In this document: piece after piece, positions 1 to 12,284 of the stretch
Numbering within the stretch: the first letter of the stretch is position 1
How the letters are laid out: each line of letters begins with the position of its first letter
Assembly: GCF_001194135.2 (NCBI RefSeq)
Contig: NC_068981.1
Span: 90,897,627-90,941,086 of the forward strand
Length of the DNA stretch: 43,460 bases
Source: Octopus bimaculoides
Taxonomy: Eukaryota
Reading direction: 5' to 3'
Notes under the pieces: generated by a model
The model's database searches: none
Seen by the model: only the letters and a program-made list of their open reading frames with translations
Told to the model about the DNA's origin: nothing
Program-made: the position numbers and the translations under genes

Positions 1-148
1 ATATATATATAGTATCCACAAAGTTTGGGTACATGGGGATTAACACATACTTTAAGAAAGTATGTAGCCGACAAAATCAAAGCCCAGCAGTGCACATACG
101 CGAAATTTAGACTACAAAATGGTGACAATTTACCCATCGCACCCTGTA

Positions 149-179
<31 letters not shown>

Positions 180-189
180 TTGTGTGTGA

Positions 190-306
190 GGATGTCTGGC
201 CTAATGGTTAGGGTGTCGCGCTCACGTTCGTAAGATCGTGGTTTCAATTCCTAGATCAGCTCGTGCGCTGTGTTCTTGAGCAAAACATGTCATCTTGCGT
301 TGCTCT
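190..306 (+). mobile_element. tRNA-derived SINE head (truncated)
   Basis: A-box-like TGGCCTAATGGTTAGG and B-box-like GGTTTCAATTCC, followed by the tgtgttcttgagcaaaaca core also seen in the SINE at 10424-10684. Confidence 0.65.
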
Positions 307-1697
307 TTAAATTGTTTTCCTTTTCTTTTAGAAGTTAGTTAATGAGAAATATATTAAAAAAGAAATTTTGGAAGAAAGAGTTGGATGAATCGCAATATTT
401 TATGTCTTTTATAATCAATTAACGCCATTTCATGTACTTGTTACTTTTGCTGCTTATTACAATTGTTGAGAGTTGGGAAAGTTGTTGGGAAAGTTGAAGA
501 GAGACACACACACACACACACACACACACGTACGTACGTACACAGAATGATTAAAGGAGAAAGAGCTGACAAAGAGAAAGGAAAAGAAAAATAAAGAAAA
601 AAATTTCCTGAATTAATTCTATAGATTGAACTCTTTTCAATGTAATGCGCACAACAAAAGTTTAAAAAATATATATAGTAGATACTGAACCGTTTACAAG
701 ATACTTGGCGCCATCAACTATATGAATAAATTGACTATTTGGTAAAATCCTTATCGCTGTGTGATGTCTGAGTAAAAATTTATTCAAACAAACTGTTTAT
801 AGCAAATCACTAAAGAGAATATTTTTTCCCGAGGACACAATAAAGCCATCTGAATGATTTAGAAATATATTTTTTTCCTGTTATTTGATGTAGTAAAAAA
901 GAGCTTCGATAAAATACGTTTTTAAGAGTTTTAGATTTTTTTTCCATTTTAATGTCTATTTAATTTACAACCCTCATAAATATTTCTTGAATTATACATG
1001 TGTGGGGATAAGGTTCATTGATGGAAATTGCATCATTGTATTATTACTACATATGTTATCAACCCCAGAAAGCTGAAAATAAAGTCGATCCTATAGGCTT
1101 TGAAGTTAGAACATAACTAAGTGTATTGATTCTATGTGTTTACTTTTCTTTCCGATATAAACATTCATCACCACTAGAAAACCTTTAGTCTTGATTGTAA
1201 TTCTATCCCGTATAATATCCAGTCAGTGTTCCGGAATGAACCGATTCACAAAGAGATTAACTGAAGCTTGGTTTAAAGACAAAACTTTGGCTAGTATGGA
1301 GTTGTAAGACCAACAACTTGCTTGTCTAGTTGAATCATGTTCCTTCTTTGTATTTTTCCACTTCGCTGTGGACCTCATTAGTTCCCAACGTATCTCGCAT
1401 CATGGCATACTTCGAGTAAATAATGACTCAGCAGAAGTGAGATATCCCTAAGAACAGCCAACCATTGTAGTAAAGGCGAGAAAGCAAAAGTATTCAAACG
1501 AGGAAAATGGCCACCTTCTTATTTAAACTGGTCGTATCGTATCAAATAAATTCCGATAGGAGGCAATTTAATATTAACACCGATAATATGCTGCTGTATA
1601 ATGAAGTGATCCGACTTTTGAATGCGAGGCCAAAGCTGGCTGTGTCTTGAAGTTTAAGTATATAAAACGGTTTCGATTGACCTAAATTGATGTACAT

Positions 1698-1711
1698 GAG
1701 AGAGAGAGAGC

Positions 1712-1800
<89 letters not shown>
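1698..1800. repeat. (GA)n microsatellite
   Basis: Direct inspection. Explains the ERERER/LSLSLS ORFs. Confidence 0.98.
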
Positions 1801-1801
<1 letters not shown>

Positions 1802-2084
1802 AGGTGCAGTTTTTCCCTCCAAATTCTCACAAGTTGCTGCTGGTCCGAAGATATTTCCAAGAACAATAGTTAACAACTAGCAGTATTCGTGGAAAATTTT
1901 GAAAATTATATGATGAAAATGTATATCATTTTGAAACATTTGATTCTTGAGGGGATGTGAAAATCTACATAGGCAATCCAAGGGACAATCAATCAGTCTG
2001 TCTGCCTGTCTATCTATCTACCTGAAAAGTCGATCAACACTGAGTTTCCTGTCTCCCCTGAATGTTCAACGCCTTATACTTTGG

Positions 2085-2615
2085 TTTAGCCTTTAACTCA
2101 CGGTATGGGTCGGCCTAAACTGCCAGCAAAGATGCTTACCTGCATCGTTACGTAAAAATACGTAAGTCCAAATACGCGAGTTAAACGACTGCGGTCTCGT
2201 TATTAACGCAGGTAACTCTGCTATATAATTTCGCAACCGATGATTATAGTTGGTAGGATCATGTTGCTGAGTAACTGCAGCGAATATCATTTGACCAGAC
2301 AGTTCAAGTGCTGGACCATACAGTAATTCTGCCGGTGAATAACATAAATCTTCCTTAACAACAGTACATAAATCTAGTAACACACTCGTCTGGGATTCTA
2401 ACCATCTATCCGAATCGGAATGTGCTAGTAAAAAGCTGCTTTAAGTTGTCGACGAAAATGTTCTATCATTCAGTTAGACATCAGGTACATCGCGTACTTA
2501 GCAGGTTACGTAGGTCAAAAAGACTAGATTCGAAGTGACCACCCATGTCGGTCGTTATTGTCATAGTAATGTACCAGAGGACATATTTTCCAAACGTAAA
2601 CAAAGCGAGTTATAC
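2085..2615 (-). mobile_element. Degenerate Ty3/Gypsy LTR-retrotransposon integrase fragment
   Basis: The minus strand gives ITTDMGGHFESSLF (cf. ITTDQGRQFES.LF), SN*MIEHFRRQLKAA (cf. SNGMVERFHRQLKAAL) and WLESQTSVLLDLCTVVKEDLCYSPAELLYG..YVFLRNDA (cf. W...LP.VLLGIRT..KEDL..S.AELVYG..HVFVR.DA). Stops and frameshifts are present. Confidence 0.85.
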
Positions 2616-2964
2616 TGAAAAAACAAAAAACAAAACAAAAAAAACCCGGCAACATTTACATTTATACTATGCTTTGAATTCTTTATGAATATGTCGATAA
2701 CAGAACATTACGCTAGGAATTCAAAAATTGCATCACCACGAATATAGATCTAGTTTCTCTTAGAAGTCGACATAACACGAAAAAGAAATATGATATACAT
2801 AGAATGGTTGGAGCGAAAGAAAGAATTATTTTTTTTGAAAAAAGAAATTGATGTGACGCTTATGAATAACGGTTTTTAAAACATACTATGAATGACTGTT
2901 TTCGTTAAAACATAACGTAGAATGGTGTTAAAAAGACAAAGCTGAACTTGTATTGTTGCAGTAA

Positions 2965-3027
<63 letters not shown>
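2965..3027. repeat. (ATCT)n microsatellite
   Basis: Direct inspection. Confidence 0.98.
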
Positions 3028-3304
3028 AATATAGACTCTCTTTCATGTAATCCCTTTCTATTTTTTCCCTGATTCCACTATTCCTCTTTCTTTCCCTTCC
3101 TCCCCTTTTCCACTTTTTCTATGTATATTTTGTATGTTCGAGTTATAATTTCCTTTGTTGATTTAAGCGTAACACTTGGAAAAAAACAATAAGAAACAAG
3201 CAGAATAATAATATAATATATAATTTAGTGCTAACGTATTTAATGTAGTTCGCGTTAAATATCTAAGTAGAAATATTTATGCATTGAGAAAAATCATATA
3301 TACG

Positions 3305-3590
3305 ATATGTGTGCGTGTATACCTCCATGTTTGTCCCCTCCACCGCTTGGCAACCAGTGCTCGTTTGTTTACGTCCCTTTAACTTCGCTATTTGGCATAA
3401 GATAACGATAGAGCAAGTATCATACTTAAAAATAAATATAAATTATTGGACTTCGGCAAATGCTAAAGCACCACCTTGAAGAGGTGTTGGGGTCAATTTG
3501 TTCTGTTAAACTCTTGAAGGTGGTGCTTCAGCATTTGCCGAGGTCCAATAACTGAAACAAATAAAATATAAAGGAAAGAAGAATTAAGAT
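3305..3590 (+). mobile_element. SINE 3' portion containing an internal fold-back duplication
   Basis: Shares the body and tail (cgcttggcaaccagtg..tttacgtccc..aaggtggtgc..cagcat..actgaaac) of the SINE copies at 9486-9670 and 12285-12695. Confidence 0.65.
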
Positions 3591-4060
3591 CGGTTTTATT
3601 CTATATCACATTCAATTTTTATACACCATTTCCATACACTGCCTCAAAATATCTGCTCCATCATTTTGAAGTTTGCTTTAGTTGCGTGCATTTAACTTGC
3701 ACCATCCGCCGAAAAGTTGTTAGTAATATATTACACCTTTGAGGGAAGTAAAGAATATTTAAAGCAAAAAATATTTTAGCCTAAAAAAAAAAGGAAAAAA
3801 TTATAGTAAAAAAATTAACACTACTCATCAAAGGAGGTATAAACTCACCAACGGAGATATAGACTCATCAACGGAGGTTCGAACCGTTAAACTTTTCTTC
3901 TTCAGGGCGTAAAATATATTTAAGTGTTTCAACTTTTTGGATTATTATTTACTAACGCAGAGTCTAAGTAGTTTCCTCGGATGCTTGCCTTAAACAGTAA
4001 AATCTGAGGAAATTATGTATAGTCTGCTTCATAATACATTTCATTATTTCATGTAGACAA

Positions 4061-4900
4061 AGGCGACGAACTATCTGAATCGTTAGCACGCCGGTCAAGA
4101 GTTTCGCAGCATTTCGTCCGCCTTCACCTTCTCAGTTTAGATTCCGCCGAGGTCGATGAAATAAGTACCATTTAAGAACTGCGGTGTGTGTAATCGACTA
4201 TCTCCCTCCCATAGAACTGCAGGCCTTGTGCCTATTATAGAAAGGATTATTTTATGGAGGCGAGCTTGCAGAATCGTTACAATGCCGGCCTAAAGGCATA
4301 ACGGCATTTCTTCTGGCTTCTCGTTCTGAGTTCAAATTCTGCCGAGGTCGACTTTACCTTTTGTCTTTTCATCATAGATAAAATAAGTACCAGTTGAGCA
4401 CTGAAGTAGATATAATCGACTAACTGCCTTCCAAAAAATTTTAGGCTTCTGTCTATAACAAAAAGATATATTATTACACGTGGATAAGGCAGCGAGCTTA
4501 GCAGAATCGTTAGCACGTTGGACAAAATGCTTAGCGGCACTTCTGGCTCTTCACGTTCTGAGTTCAAATTCCTCCAACGTCAGTTTTGCCTTTCCGTCCT
4601 TCTCGGGGCAGATAAAATAAATACGAATTGAGTACTAGGGTTGATGTAATCGATTTACTCTCTCCCTTAAAGTTGATGACATTGTGCCAAAATTTGAATT
4701 CATTTTTAAAATGGTGGCGAACTGGCAATCGTAACTACCACCAAAATATTTAGCCGCTTTTCTTTCGTCTCTTTACGTTTTCAGTTCAAATTCCGCCGAG
4801 GACGACTTCACCTTTCATCCTTTTGGGGTCGATGAAATAAGTTTTTACTTATTCTGTGATCGATGTAATCGACTACCCCGCCGCCCCGCAAAATTTCGGC
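4061..4900 (+). mobile_element. Head-to-tail array of four diverged copies of a ~200-bp SINE-like repeat
   Basis: Copies start near 4061, 4257, 4487 and 4712. Most share ggcg.g..gcagaatcgttagc and gagttcaaattcc(g)ccgaggtcgac..taagtaccagt..taatcgac. Confidence 0.8.
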
Positions 4901-6644
4901 TACATGTATGCAATTTTATATTACTTTGCAAGATGTATAGGTATATTTAAATATGTTCCTTTTACGTTCCAGGCTAAATTACTTTCGGTGTCAGATCTAT
5001 CTTTCATCTTTCTGCTATTGATAAAAAGGTATCAAACTATCATTATGATCGATTTAATTGACTTATATACCCATATCAAAATATACGGATTTGTAATATG
5101 TTTTTACATCCTTTATGTTCACAGTTTACATCACGATGAAGTCGAGTTTGCCTTTCCTTATTCACTAAATATTTAGGTCAATTAAACCGAAGTTTTCTAA
5201 CCTTGTGCTAGAGATAAAAAATCCTTGTTACTTTTAACAATACTATTTTAGTCACAACATCGCGTATTTATCTATCAAATTACACGTGCCTAACACTTGA
5301 CGTCGGCATACTATCTCTTTCTCCCTCTCTCTTTCATACACACATATCATATATAACGGTATATTATATATATATGAGATGGCTTATCTTAGTTATTAAG
5401 GGAATGTGCTTATTGGCTGTGGTGTCAACAGCGGGTTTCTTTCTCATAGTCAGCACACATCTGCCTACATGTTCAAGCACATAACAGAGCTCAGTTTCTA
5501 TGACTAACCTCACTCCACTTGACTGGGTTTCATTTGTATTAAGCGTAGCTGTACTGGAACGTACTACTTGTTTACGCAGGTTGTATGTGCAGGTACAGCT
5601 CACTATTATAAAGCACACGTGCTCTGTATAAGTAAAAACATATTTTAAAGAATTACATGCAGAATTTATGGAACGTTGAGAAAGCAAGGAGAAATCCCAC
5701 CAATATTGAGCTTTATGACTACAACCCAAGGCAACTCTGTCAGCTTTGCTCGTGGACCAGCATCTTGGTTCTGATTATAACTGAAGTATGATTGCTGCTA
5801 GTGTGTAAGTTCATGTTGCGACCGTGACTAGCGCATTTTACCCATTCATGATCGACTCTGTAATGATACATGATATTTTAAAATGCTAATTTTCTTGTCG
5901 CTATGGCATGTAGAAAAACATAAATAATATAGATACATCGCAAGTTTATTTCATTGCGATGCTGCCTATAACTCATGTACATAATAACTAAATTTAGTGT
6001 GAGTTCTTTATGGCCATCAATTTTACTCGTTTACTAGCGACTCTGTAATGAAATGTGATATTTTAATCATTTACGCTCATAATAAAACAAAATGTTAATT
6101 TTCTTCGACAGTGTATAACTTAAACTTCAACAAGTAGATTCTATTGAAGTCGAATGATATTCTAAAATAGGAATATAAATATTGCAAAAGCTTATTTCTC
6201 CTTCATAAAATATACGTTACAGATAGATGCAAAAGGAAGAAAATGAATAAAGCATTTGAAATATTTAATAAGTGATGTGATCACATATGATTATAAATTT
6301 TTGCCTTTTCATCTATTTTGTCTTTTCTATTTTTGTCCAATGTAAATGATGAAAGGTACAAAGAATTATTCGGTTTGAAATTGGAAATTGTAACTTGGAT
6401 AGCTCAATACTGGGAAACAAGCGGAGAGAATAGTGTCTCGTCTCCTGTCAATCGTACAGTAAACTCACAAAATTATTGGTCCCCTTTACTGTAAACTGGT
6501 ATCATAAAGCAAGAACAATCCACTGTTGTGAGCATGTGGAAGTTACATCATTGTAAAACTGATGAGTCCTTTTTGTTATCTTTCAGTTATGTAAATATAA
6601 TTTAGCAGGAAGCACCGAATTCTCAATGTTTGTTTACTCTAGAT

Positions 6645-6991
6645 CAAAGATTCTCAACGGGGACCACATTCCCCCCCNNNNNNNNNNCACTCTTTCAATA
6701 GACAACACGTTGATCTCATCAGTGCCGCGTGGTGGAAATAAACGCAATTACCAAATTTTCAATTCATTATTTCTTCTTTTTGCATTTCAGTTTGTACGTC
6801 TGTACTCCCGACTGCGTACAAGTGCATATGTAAAATGACGTCCTTTATTTTTTAATCATTATCTGCTGATATCAAAATACGTAGTATATTGAAAAATAAA
6901 AATATTTTCGGGGGTGGGGTGGGGGTGGGGGGCATTTGTGACTCCAAGGGTAAAAAGAGTGCCTTTGGCCAAAATGGGCTGAGAACCTTTG
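6645..6991. mobile_element. Non-autonomous hAT (Charlie-type) MITE
   Basis: Exact 8-bp TSD CTCTAGAT at 6637-6644 and 6992-6999. 14-bp TIRs CAAAGATTCTCAAC and revcomp CAAAGGTTCTCAGC (2 mismatches). NTCTAGAN is the known hAT-Charlie target consensus. Confidence 0.85.
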
Positions 6992-7957
6992 CTCTAGATG
7001 AACTACAGTAGATAAGGTGTTTAGAGGCTACACCACCGCCAAACGAGCGTGGGAACTCACCAGTATTACAAATATTATAGAGGAACGCAGGGCAAAAAAA
7101 AAACAAAGAATCAGGATTGAACAAATTGGCTTGTTAATTGCAACTCCAAGTTGAGACCAGTGTTTATAACGATGTTCATGTTCTAGAGTAAAACACGAAA
7201 CACCACAACATCCCGTATTTCATTCCCTAAAATGTTAGTGTTTTACCTCCAGTTACAAGAAAACGATATCATGCTTATTATTGGGTTCCACAGAGAAAGA
7301 CATGGCGTCTCACTGTCATTACTTTTATTCATAATTTTGTAGCGTAGTGTATCAGAACTCGCAATAATAGCTATTTTTATTTGCAACAAAGTCAGTGGAA
7401 TTTATAAAATGGTGAAATGTTGGTCCTAATTGGATTCGGTTCCGGACTCGCAAATGGGAGTGTCATCCAAATATACTTGAAGTCGACTTAGTATTTTGTC
7501 CTTCAGAGGGTTTCATAAAATATGTAGTAGCCTTGCATTGCTTACTAGTCATGCATTGTTTACTAGTCACGTGACTTAGATTTAGGGCCATGGGAAAATG
7601 TAAGAAATCATGAAAAAATATGGTAGAAGTGATAGAATGGTAAAACACAAAATTAAATTCCTTAAAGTATTTTAGTTCCTCTACACGCAAAATATTCTAC
7701 TCAGAATACCAAACATGGTTAGATAACTAATAGTAAAAAAATCTTCAATTATAAATATACTACAGAAAAAAGAAACCGTCTACACGGTGTCTCGACTTAC
7801 TAGAAATAGCAGCTTCAAACTCTCCATCAAATTACATACTACTGTATTAAATACAGAAAGATGCAAAAATAAAAATAAATAAATGAATAAAACAAGACGA
7901 AACGGCCCTGCCTGAAACATTTTTGATCATCAGTGCTGGGGTTAAATAACAACACAA

Positions 7958-8027
7958 AGTAGTAGTAGTCGTAGTAGAAGTAGTAGTTATAGTAGTAGTA
8001 GTGGTAGTAGTAGTGATAGTAGTAGTA
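7958..8027. repeat. (AGT)n imperfect microsatellite
   Basis: Direct inspection. Confidence 0.95.
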
Positions 8028-8599
8028 ATCTAACTATATTCTCGAGCTGTGATAATCATTCTTTCAATTTGGTTGAAGTACGCGCTGCCAACCATTCTGT
8101 ATTTGTGGGGATCTTTTCGATGCAATTCAAACGCTTTAATCAATCTTTTTTTGCTCAACTGTGTTAGTAACAGAGAGAAGATATCACTGCAAATTTGAAA
8201 AATCAAAGAACGCAGACAGAGAAATCAGTTCATGAATCATAAGATATTATAGTGAGACTTTTTCGTAATGTGGTTGATAATGAAAATCAAATTCCTGATA
8301 CAAGAGTTGACACAAAGCAGGGGTTCGACAAAAATTTTACTTAATTATTCGGATTTTCTTGGAATTAACTGTGATCAAAAGCGATTCTAATGTTTCCTAA
8401 AATTTTTTCGAGGCTGCTTGTGATTTAGGGGCGCTTCTTGTTTACATTTTATGCAGTTGAGAACCATAGACATAAGAATTACTTGAAGTAGGGCTGAAAC
8501 AATTCGATAAATGGGAAGACGTTCCAGAAAGGCGAGACAACTACATGGTGCAAAAGTCAACTATGTAGCCTTAAATGCAGAAATAGAAATGACTTTTTT

Positions 8600-8839
8600 T
8601 TCATTAATCTCTTTATTGCCCACAGGGGGACTAAACATAGAGGGGGCAAACAAGAACAGACAATGGGATTAAGTCGATTACATCGACCCCAGTGCGTAAC
8701 TGGTACTTATTTAATCGACCCCCCAAAAAGATGAAAAGCGAAGTCGACCTCGGCGGAATTTGAACTCAGGACGTAAAGACAGACGAAATACCGCTAAGAA
8801 TTCCGTCCGGCGTGCTAATGTTTCTAGCAGCTCGCCGCC
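8600..8839 (-). mobile_element. Well-preserved copy of the ~200-bp SINE-like repeat
   Basis: The reverse complement reads ggcggcgagctgctagaaacattagcacgccggacg..ctgagttcaaattccgccgaggtcgacttcgc..taagtaccagttacgcactggggtcgatgtaatcgac. Confidence 0.85.
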
Positions 8840-9262
8840 CTAAATGACTTTTATATTGGACTAAATAAATGTTGTCTTTAAAATGGAAGACAGATGTGCT
8901 CACTTCTATCAATCGGATTCAAAATTTGAACTTATATTATTTGCTACGGTATTGCCGTTTTGTTAAAATGATCTCAACGGCATTCATAATGGAAATATTT
9001 TAAAGAATATTTGTTTCAACCGTGGATGGTTTCAAAGGATTATCATAGACGAATTTGAAACTGGGATTGTTAATTGCTTCTGAAAAGTTGCCCAAGTATC
9101 CATTTTTCTAAGACCAAACAACTTCTCAAGATTGTTGTTCAGTAGAGAAATGAAAATGCTTGCCAAATTTGAGAGTAAGCTTATAAGTAATGTTAACTAT
9201 TATAGTATTAACGGCCGTCTTTCAGTAATTTAAATTGATCTTTTTATATTTGAGAACTTCTA

Positions 9263-9440
9263 AGACGGCGAGTGAGCAGAATCGTTACAACATCGGTAAA
9301 ATGATTTTTGGTATTTGTTTGAATTATTTCTGTTCTACCTTTCAATCCCGCTGAAGTCAACTTTGCGCTTCATGCTTTTGGGGTTGAAAAAATAAGTACA
9401 AGTGAAGTAGTGATAGCTATAGTATCGGCAGATCCCATCC
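9263..9440 (+). mobile_element. Diverged copy of the ~200-bp SINE-like repeat
   Basis: agacggcgagtgagcagaatcgttac..ctgaagtcaactttgcgcttcatgcttttggggttgaaaaaataagtac. Confidence 0.65.
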
Positions 9441-9485
9441 CATCAAATCGTTAATGACGTGTTTGCATCGTAAAAAGTATGAATA

Positions 9486-9670
9486 GGCGCAAGCGTGGCT
9501 GTGTGGTTCCATGTGGTTGCTTCCCAATCATATGGCTCAGGGTTCAGTCTTACTGTGTGACACCTTGGGCAGATGTTTTCTACTATAGCACTGGGGTCGA
9601 TTCATTGGATTAAAAATTCTTCAAGGCGGTGCCCCAGCATGGCCGCAGTCTTGTGACTGAAAGAAGCCAA
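9486..9670 (+). mobile_element. tRNA-derived SINE (internally deleted)
   Basis: Head ggcgcaagcgtggctgtgtggt..gggttcagtc, core caccttgggcag..ctactatagc, tail ttcttcaaggcggtgccccagcatggccgcagtc..tgactgaaa. Confidence 0.75.
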
Positions 9671-9828
9671 ATAATAATAATAAATAAATAAAAGGGCAAA
9701 TACTTTTCAGACAGTGTAAATTACGATTACATCGGAATCTAATGGGAAGAATAATAATGAGAGCGGACACATACATACTGACACACATCACAATGATTTT
9801 CAAATTTTAAGTCTCGTTTTTGCAGATA

Positions 9829-10168
9829 CAAGGGGGTACCCAAAAGTAACCGAAAACGCTGTATATGGGACTAACCCATTGTAGTTCAGGTTTCCGCCGC
9901 TAGAAGCCTCTTGATGCGGCGCCGTAGAGTGAAATCGTACTGCCACGTGGTGCGTCTTTGTTTTGCGGTGCTTCTCCCTTGCTCGTCGATTTTTGTGATG
10001 ACTGAAATGAAGGAACAGCGTGCTTCCGTGAAATTCTGTTATCTGCCAGGGAAAGCGGCAGCCGAAACACTTGTCCTGTTTCAAACAGCTTACAAGGACG
10101 CTGCCATGAGGAAAACAAAAGTTTACGTGTAGTTTTCACGCTTTAGGAATGGTCACTTGTCGCTTGAT
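9829..10168 (+). mobile_element. Mariner transposon 5' end (TIR plus N-terminal transposase remnant)
   Basis: TA|CAAGGGGGTACCCAAAAGTAACCG is a mariner-type terminus. From 9998: MTEMKEQRASVKFCYLPGKAAAETLVLFQTAYKDAAMRKTKVYV*FSRFRNG, matching EQR..IKFC..LGK...ET..ML..AY.D..M....V.EWF.RFK.G with the conserved Trp changed to TAG. Confidence 0.88.
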
Positions 10169-10423
10169 ATGTGTGGCGAGTAGCAGTATGTATGCATGCA
10201 CGTCTACCAGTTTTTTTCACATTAAAATCCGATGTTATTGTACACCATCCGAAAGGAATTTGTACGAAATTTCGTTTAAAATTATCGATTTTCAGCGTGT
10301 TATGAAGAAACAACCAAATTGTGTGAATTTTCAAAATTCTTGTCTCCATCTCGGAAAACATTTTCACAACAAATTCCTATATAATCGGAATCTATACTAT
10401 CTGAAGTGTATAAAGAGTATAGA

Positions 10424-10684
10424 TCCCCTTCGGTCATGACTGACCATGAGATTGCACCTAGAAGGTTCCCCTCCGAGGCACAAGTCCGGGCAAGGTTCAG
10501 CCATGCATACCAGCCTTACCTCTCCATGTCAGTGATGTTGCAACTCATTTTCTACAGCTGAGTGAACTGGAGCAATGAGAAATAAAGTGTCTTGCTCAAG
10601 AACACAACACACAGCCCGGTTCGGGAATCGAACTCACTACCTCATGATTGTGAGCCTGACGCTCTAACCACTGAGTTATGCGCC
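10424..10684 (-). mobile_element. tRNA-derived SINE
   Basis: The minus strand starts ggcgcataactcagtggttagagcgtc (A box) ..gtgagttcgattcccg (B box), then tgtgttcttgagcaagacactttatttc..ctccagttcactcagctgtag. Confidence 0.85.
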
Positions 10685-11749
10685 ATCTGAAGTGTATATG
10701 TAGACAGTTTCACTAAAAAATATCCGTTTTTCTGGAAGTTATGAGGGGAAAAGATCGGTGGGAAACAGTTATGTAAATAAGTCATGCAAACTAACTGGCA
10801 TGCCCTGTTATCACAGCAAGGCAGTTACATCGGTGAAAGAAATAATTGTATTTTGTTCATAGATATGTAAAATTGTTTATATAAATGTCATAGAATTTCT
10901 ATGGTTATAAATAAAATATAAAATCAATGCCAACAATATTTGGCACTCTTTTCTTTGAGCTTGTTCTACTTTTCATCATCATCAGCGAATTGGGATGGTA
11001 CTGAACTGTAATAGACTCACATAGAGGTTGCCTATTTTATATGTAAATGAGACCTGGGATTAAGCAATGTCAATAGTGTACATTTATCTTTCTCATTTTA
11101 TTGCAATCTTCTACTCTATTGAAGGCTTGCATTTCGGAAACTTTTGTTGTAATTGTGTGTTGCAAAATCACATGTTTCTATTGACTTCCATGTTATGGAA
11201 GTTTGTAAAGAAAGCTTTCTCATGATACGAGTTAGAACCATTTCGCTTTACAAGACAATCATAAAGCCTTTATGTAGTGATGCAACTTACTAAAAATACC
11301 AGTTAACACTGCTCTCCATTTATATCCTGTTGTACTGGTTCTTAACTTTATTTCCACGGAGCCGATGCTTCTGAAAGCCATATATCCAATAAGCCGATTT
11401 TATAAAGCAATAACAAACTCATTTTCCCAGTTTTATTTCTTAGTTGAAAGGTATGTAACTATAATTGTATCTATATTTTGCACAAAAGCCTTTTGATATT
11501 TTGAGCACAGCTAAGAGACAACCAGTGCCATCTTGTGGACCCTAAGTTGATTACTGATGCTTTATCATTTATCATTTTTTAAAAGATTAATGAAAACGAT
11601 ACTGACATGGATGACGTACCTTTGAGCAAAGATGAAATGGTCATAGCTGGATTGCTTAAGTCCATTATTCTCACTCAACAACATTAAGGCAGCATCTAAG
11701 TGGTCTCTCAATCCGCTAGAAATAGAGGTCGAATCTAATTCAAATGATG

Positions 11750-11876
11750 GATTACTATCGACTCCAAAAAGGATGAAAAGCAAAGTAGACTTCGATGGAA
11801 TTGGATCTCCGAGCATAAAGACGGAAGTGATACAGCTTAAACACTTTGTCCGTCGTGCAAGCGATTCTGTCAGCTA
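11750..11876 (-). mobile_element. Fragment of the ~200-bp SINE-like repeat
   Basis: atcgactccaaaaaggatgaaaagcaaagtagacttcg..ggaatt..gcgattctgtcagct is the reverse complement of the family consensus seen at 4061-4900. Confidence 0.65.
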
Positions 11877-12284
11877 AAGGAACTGTACATAATAGAGCCT
11901 TATATAACTAATCCTATATAAACGACGGGATGGTCTCGGTTGGAATGCTTAGCATTCTACTCAATGATAAATTAAATGAAATCAAATAATAACAAATTAA
12001 TGGAACTAATTATCTTTCAAAATGTCATTAAATTTTCGCTGTCTCATTAATTATTCTTCAACGAAAACCAGTTGCTCTGTGCTTACGAAAGAAATCGTCA
12101 TTATATCACGGTAACATTGTGCAACTCATTCAATTCTAGAACGGAAACATTATTATTTAGCTTTTGTCAAGGCACGTTCCATTGAGGTGGCTTCTATGAC
12201 GATTGTATAGCTCTTTCTCACCAAAATAAAATGTACTGGAATTTTCAAGATTATTAATTAAATTTCTCTAATGAGGCATGATAC

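Noticed and set aside
1654-1876. ORFs rich in ER/LS/HT/CV dipeptide repeats (also 21032-21481, 22596-23008, 29245-29684, 41434-42041)
   Set aside because: They are translations of (GA)n or (CA)n microsatellites, not genes.
5374-5484. Hydrophobic mini-ORF MRWLILVIKGMCLLAVVSTAGFFLIVSTHLPTCSST as the dipeptidase signal or anchor exon
   Set aside because: It has no convincing splice donor before the stop and no family similarity. Hydrophobic stretches arise easily in T-rich DNA.
6690-6730. Minus-strand CTGATGAG..GAAA inside the MITE
   Set aside because: Helix II does not abut GAAA, and I found no helix I or III.
7253-7284. Candidate upstream exon LQENDIMLII(G) with the right phase
   Set aside because: It lacks the conserved Asp of IDG and the donor (GTTCCA) is poor.
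10620-10684. tRNA genes (also 190-260, 9486-9550, 21693-21765)
   Set aside because: A and B boxes are present but no full cloverleaf, and each runs into a shared SINE body.
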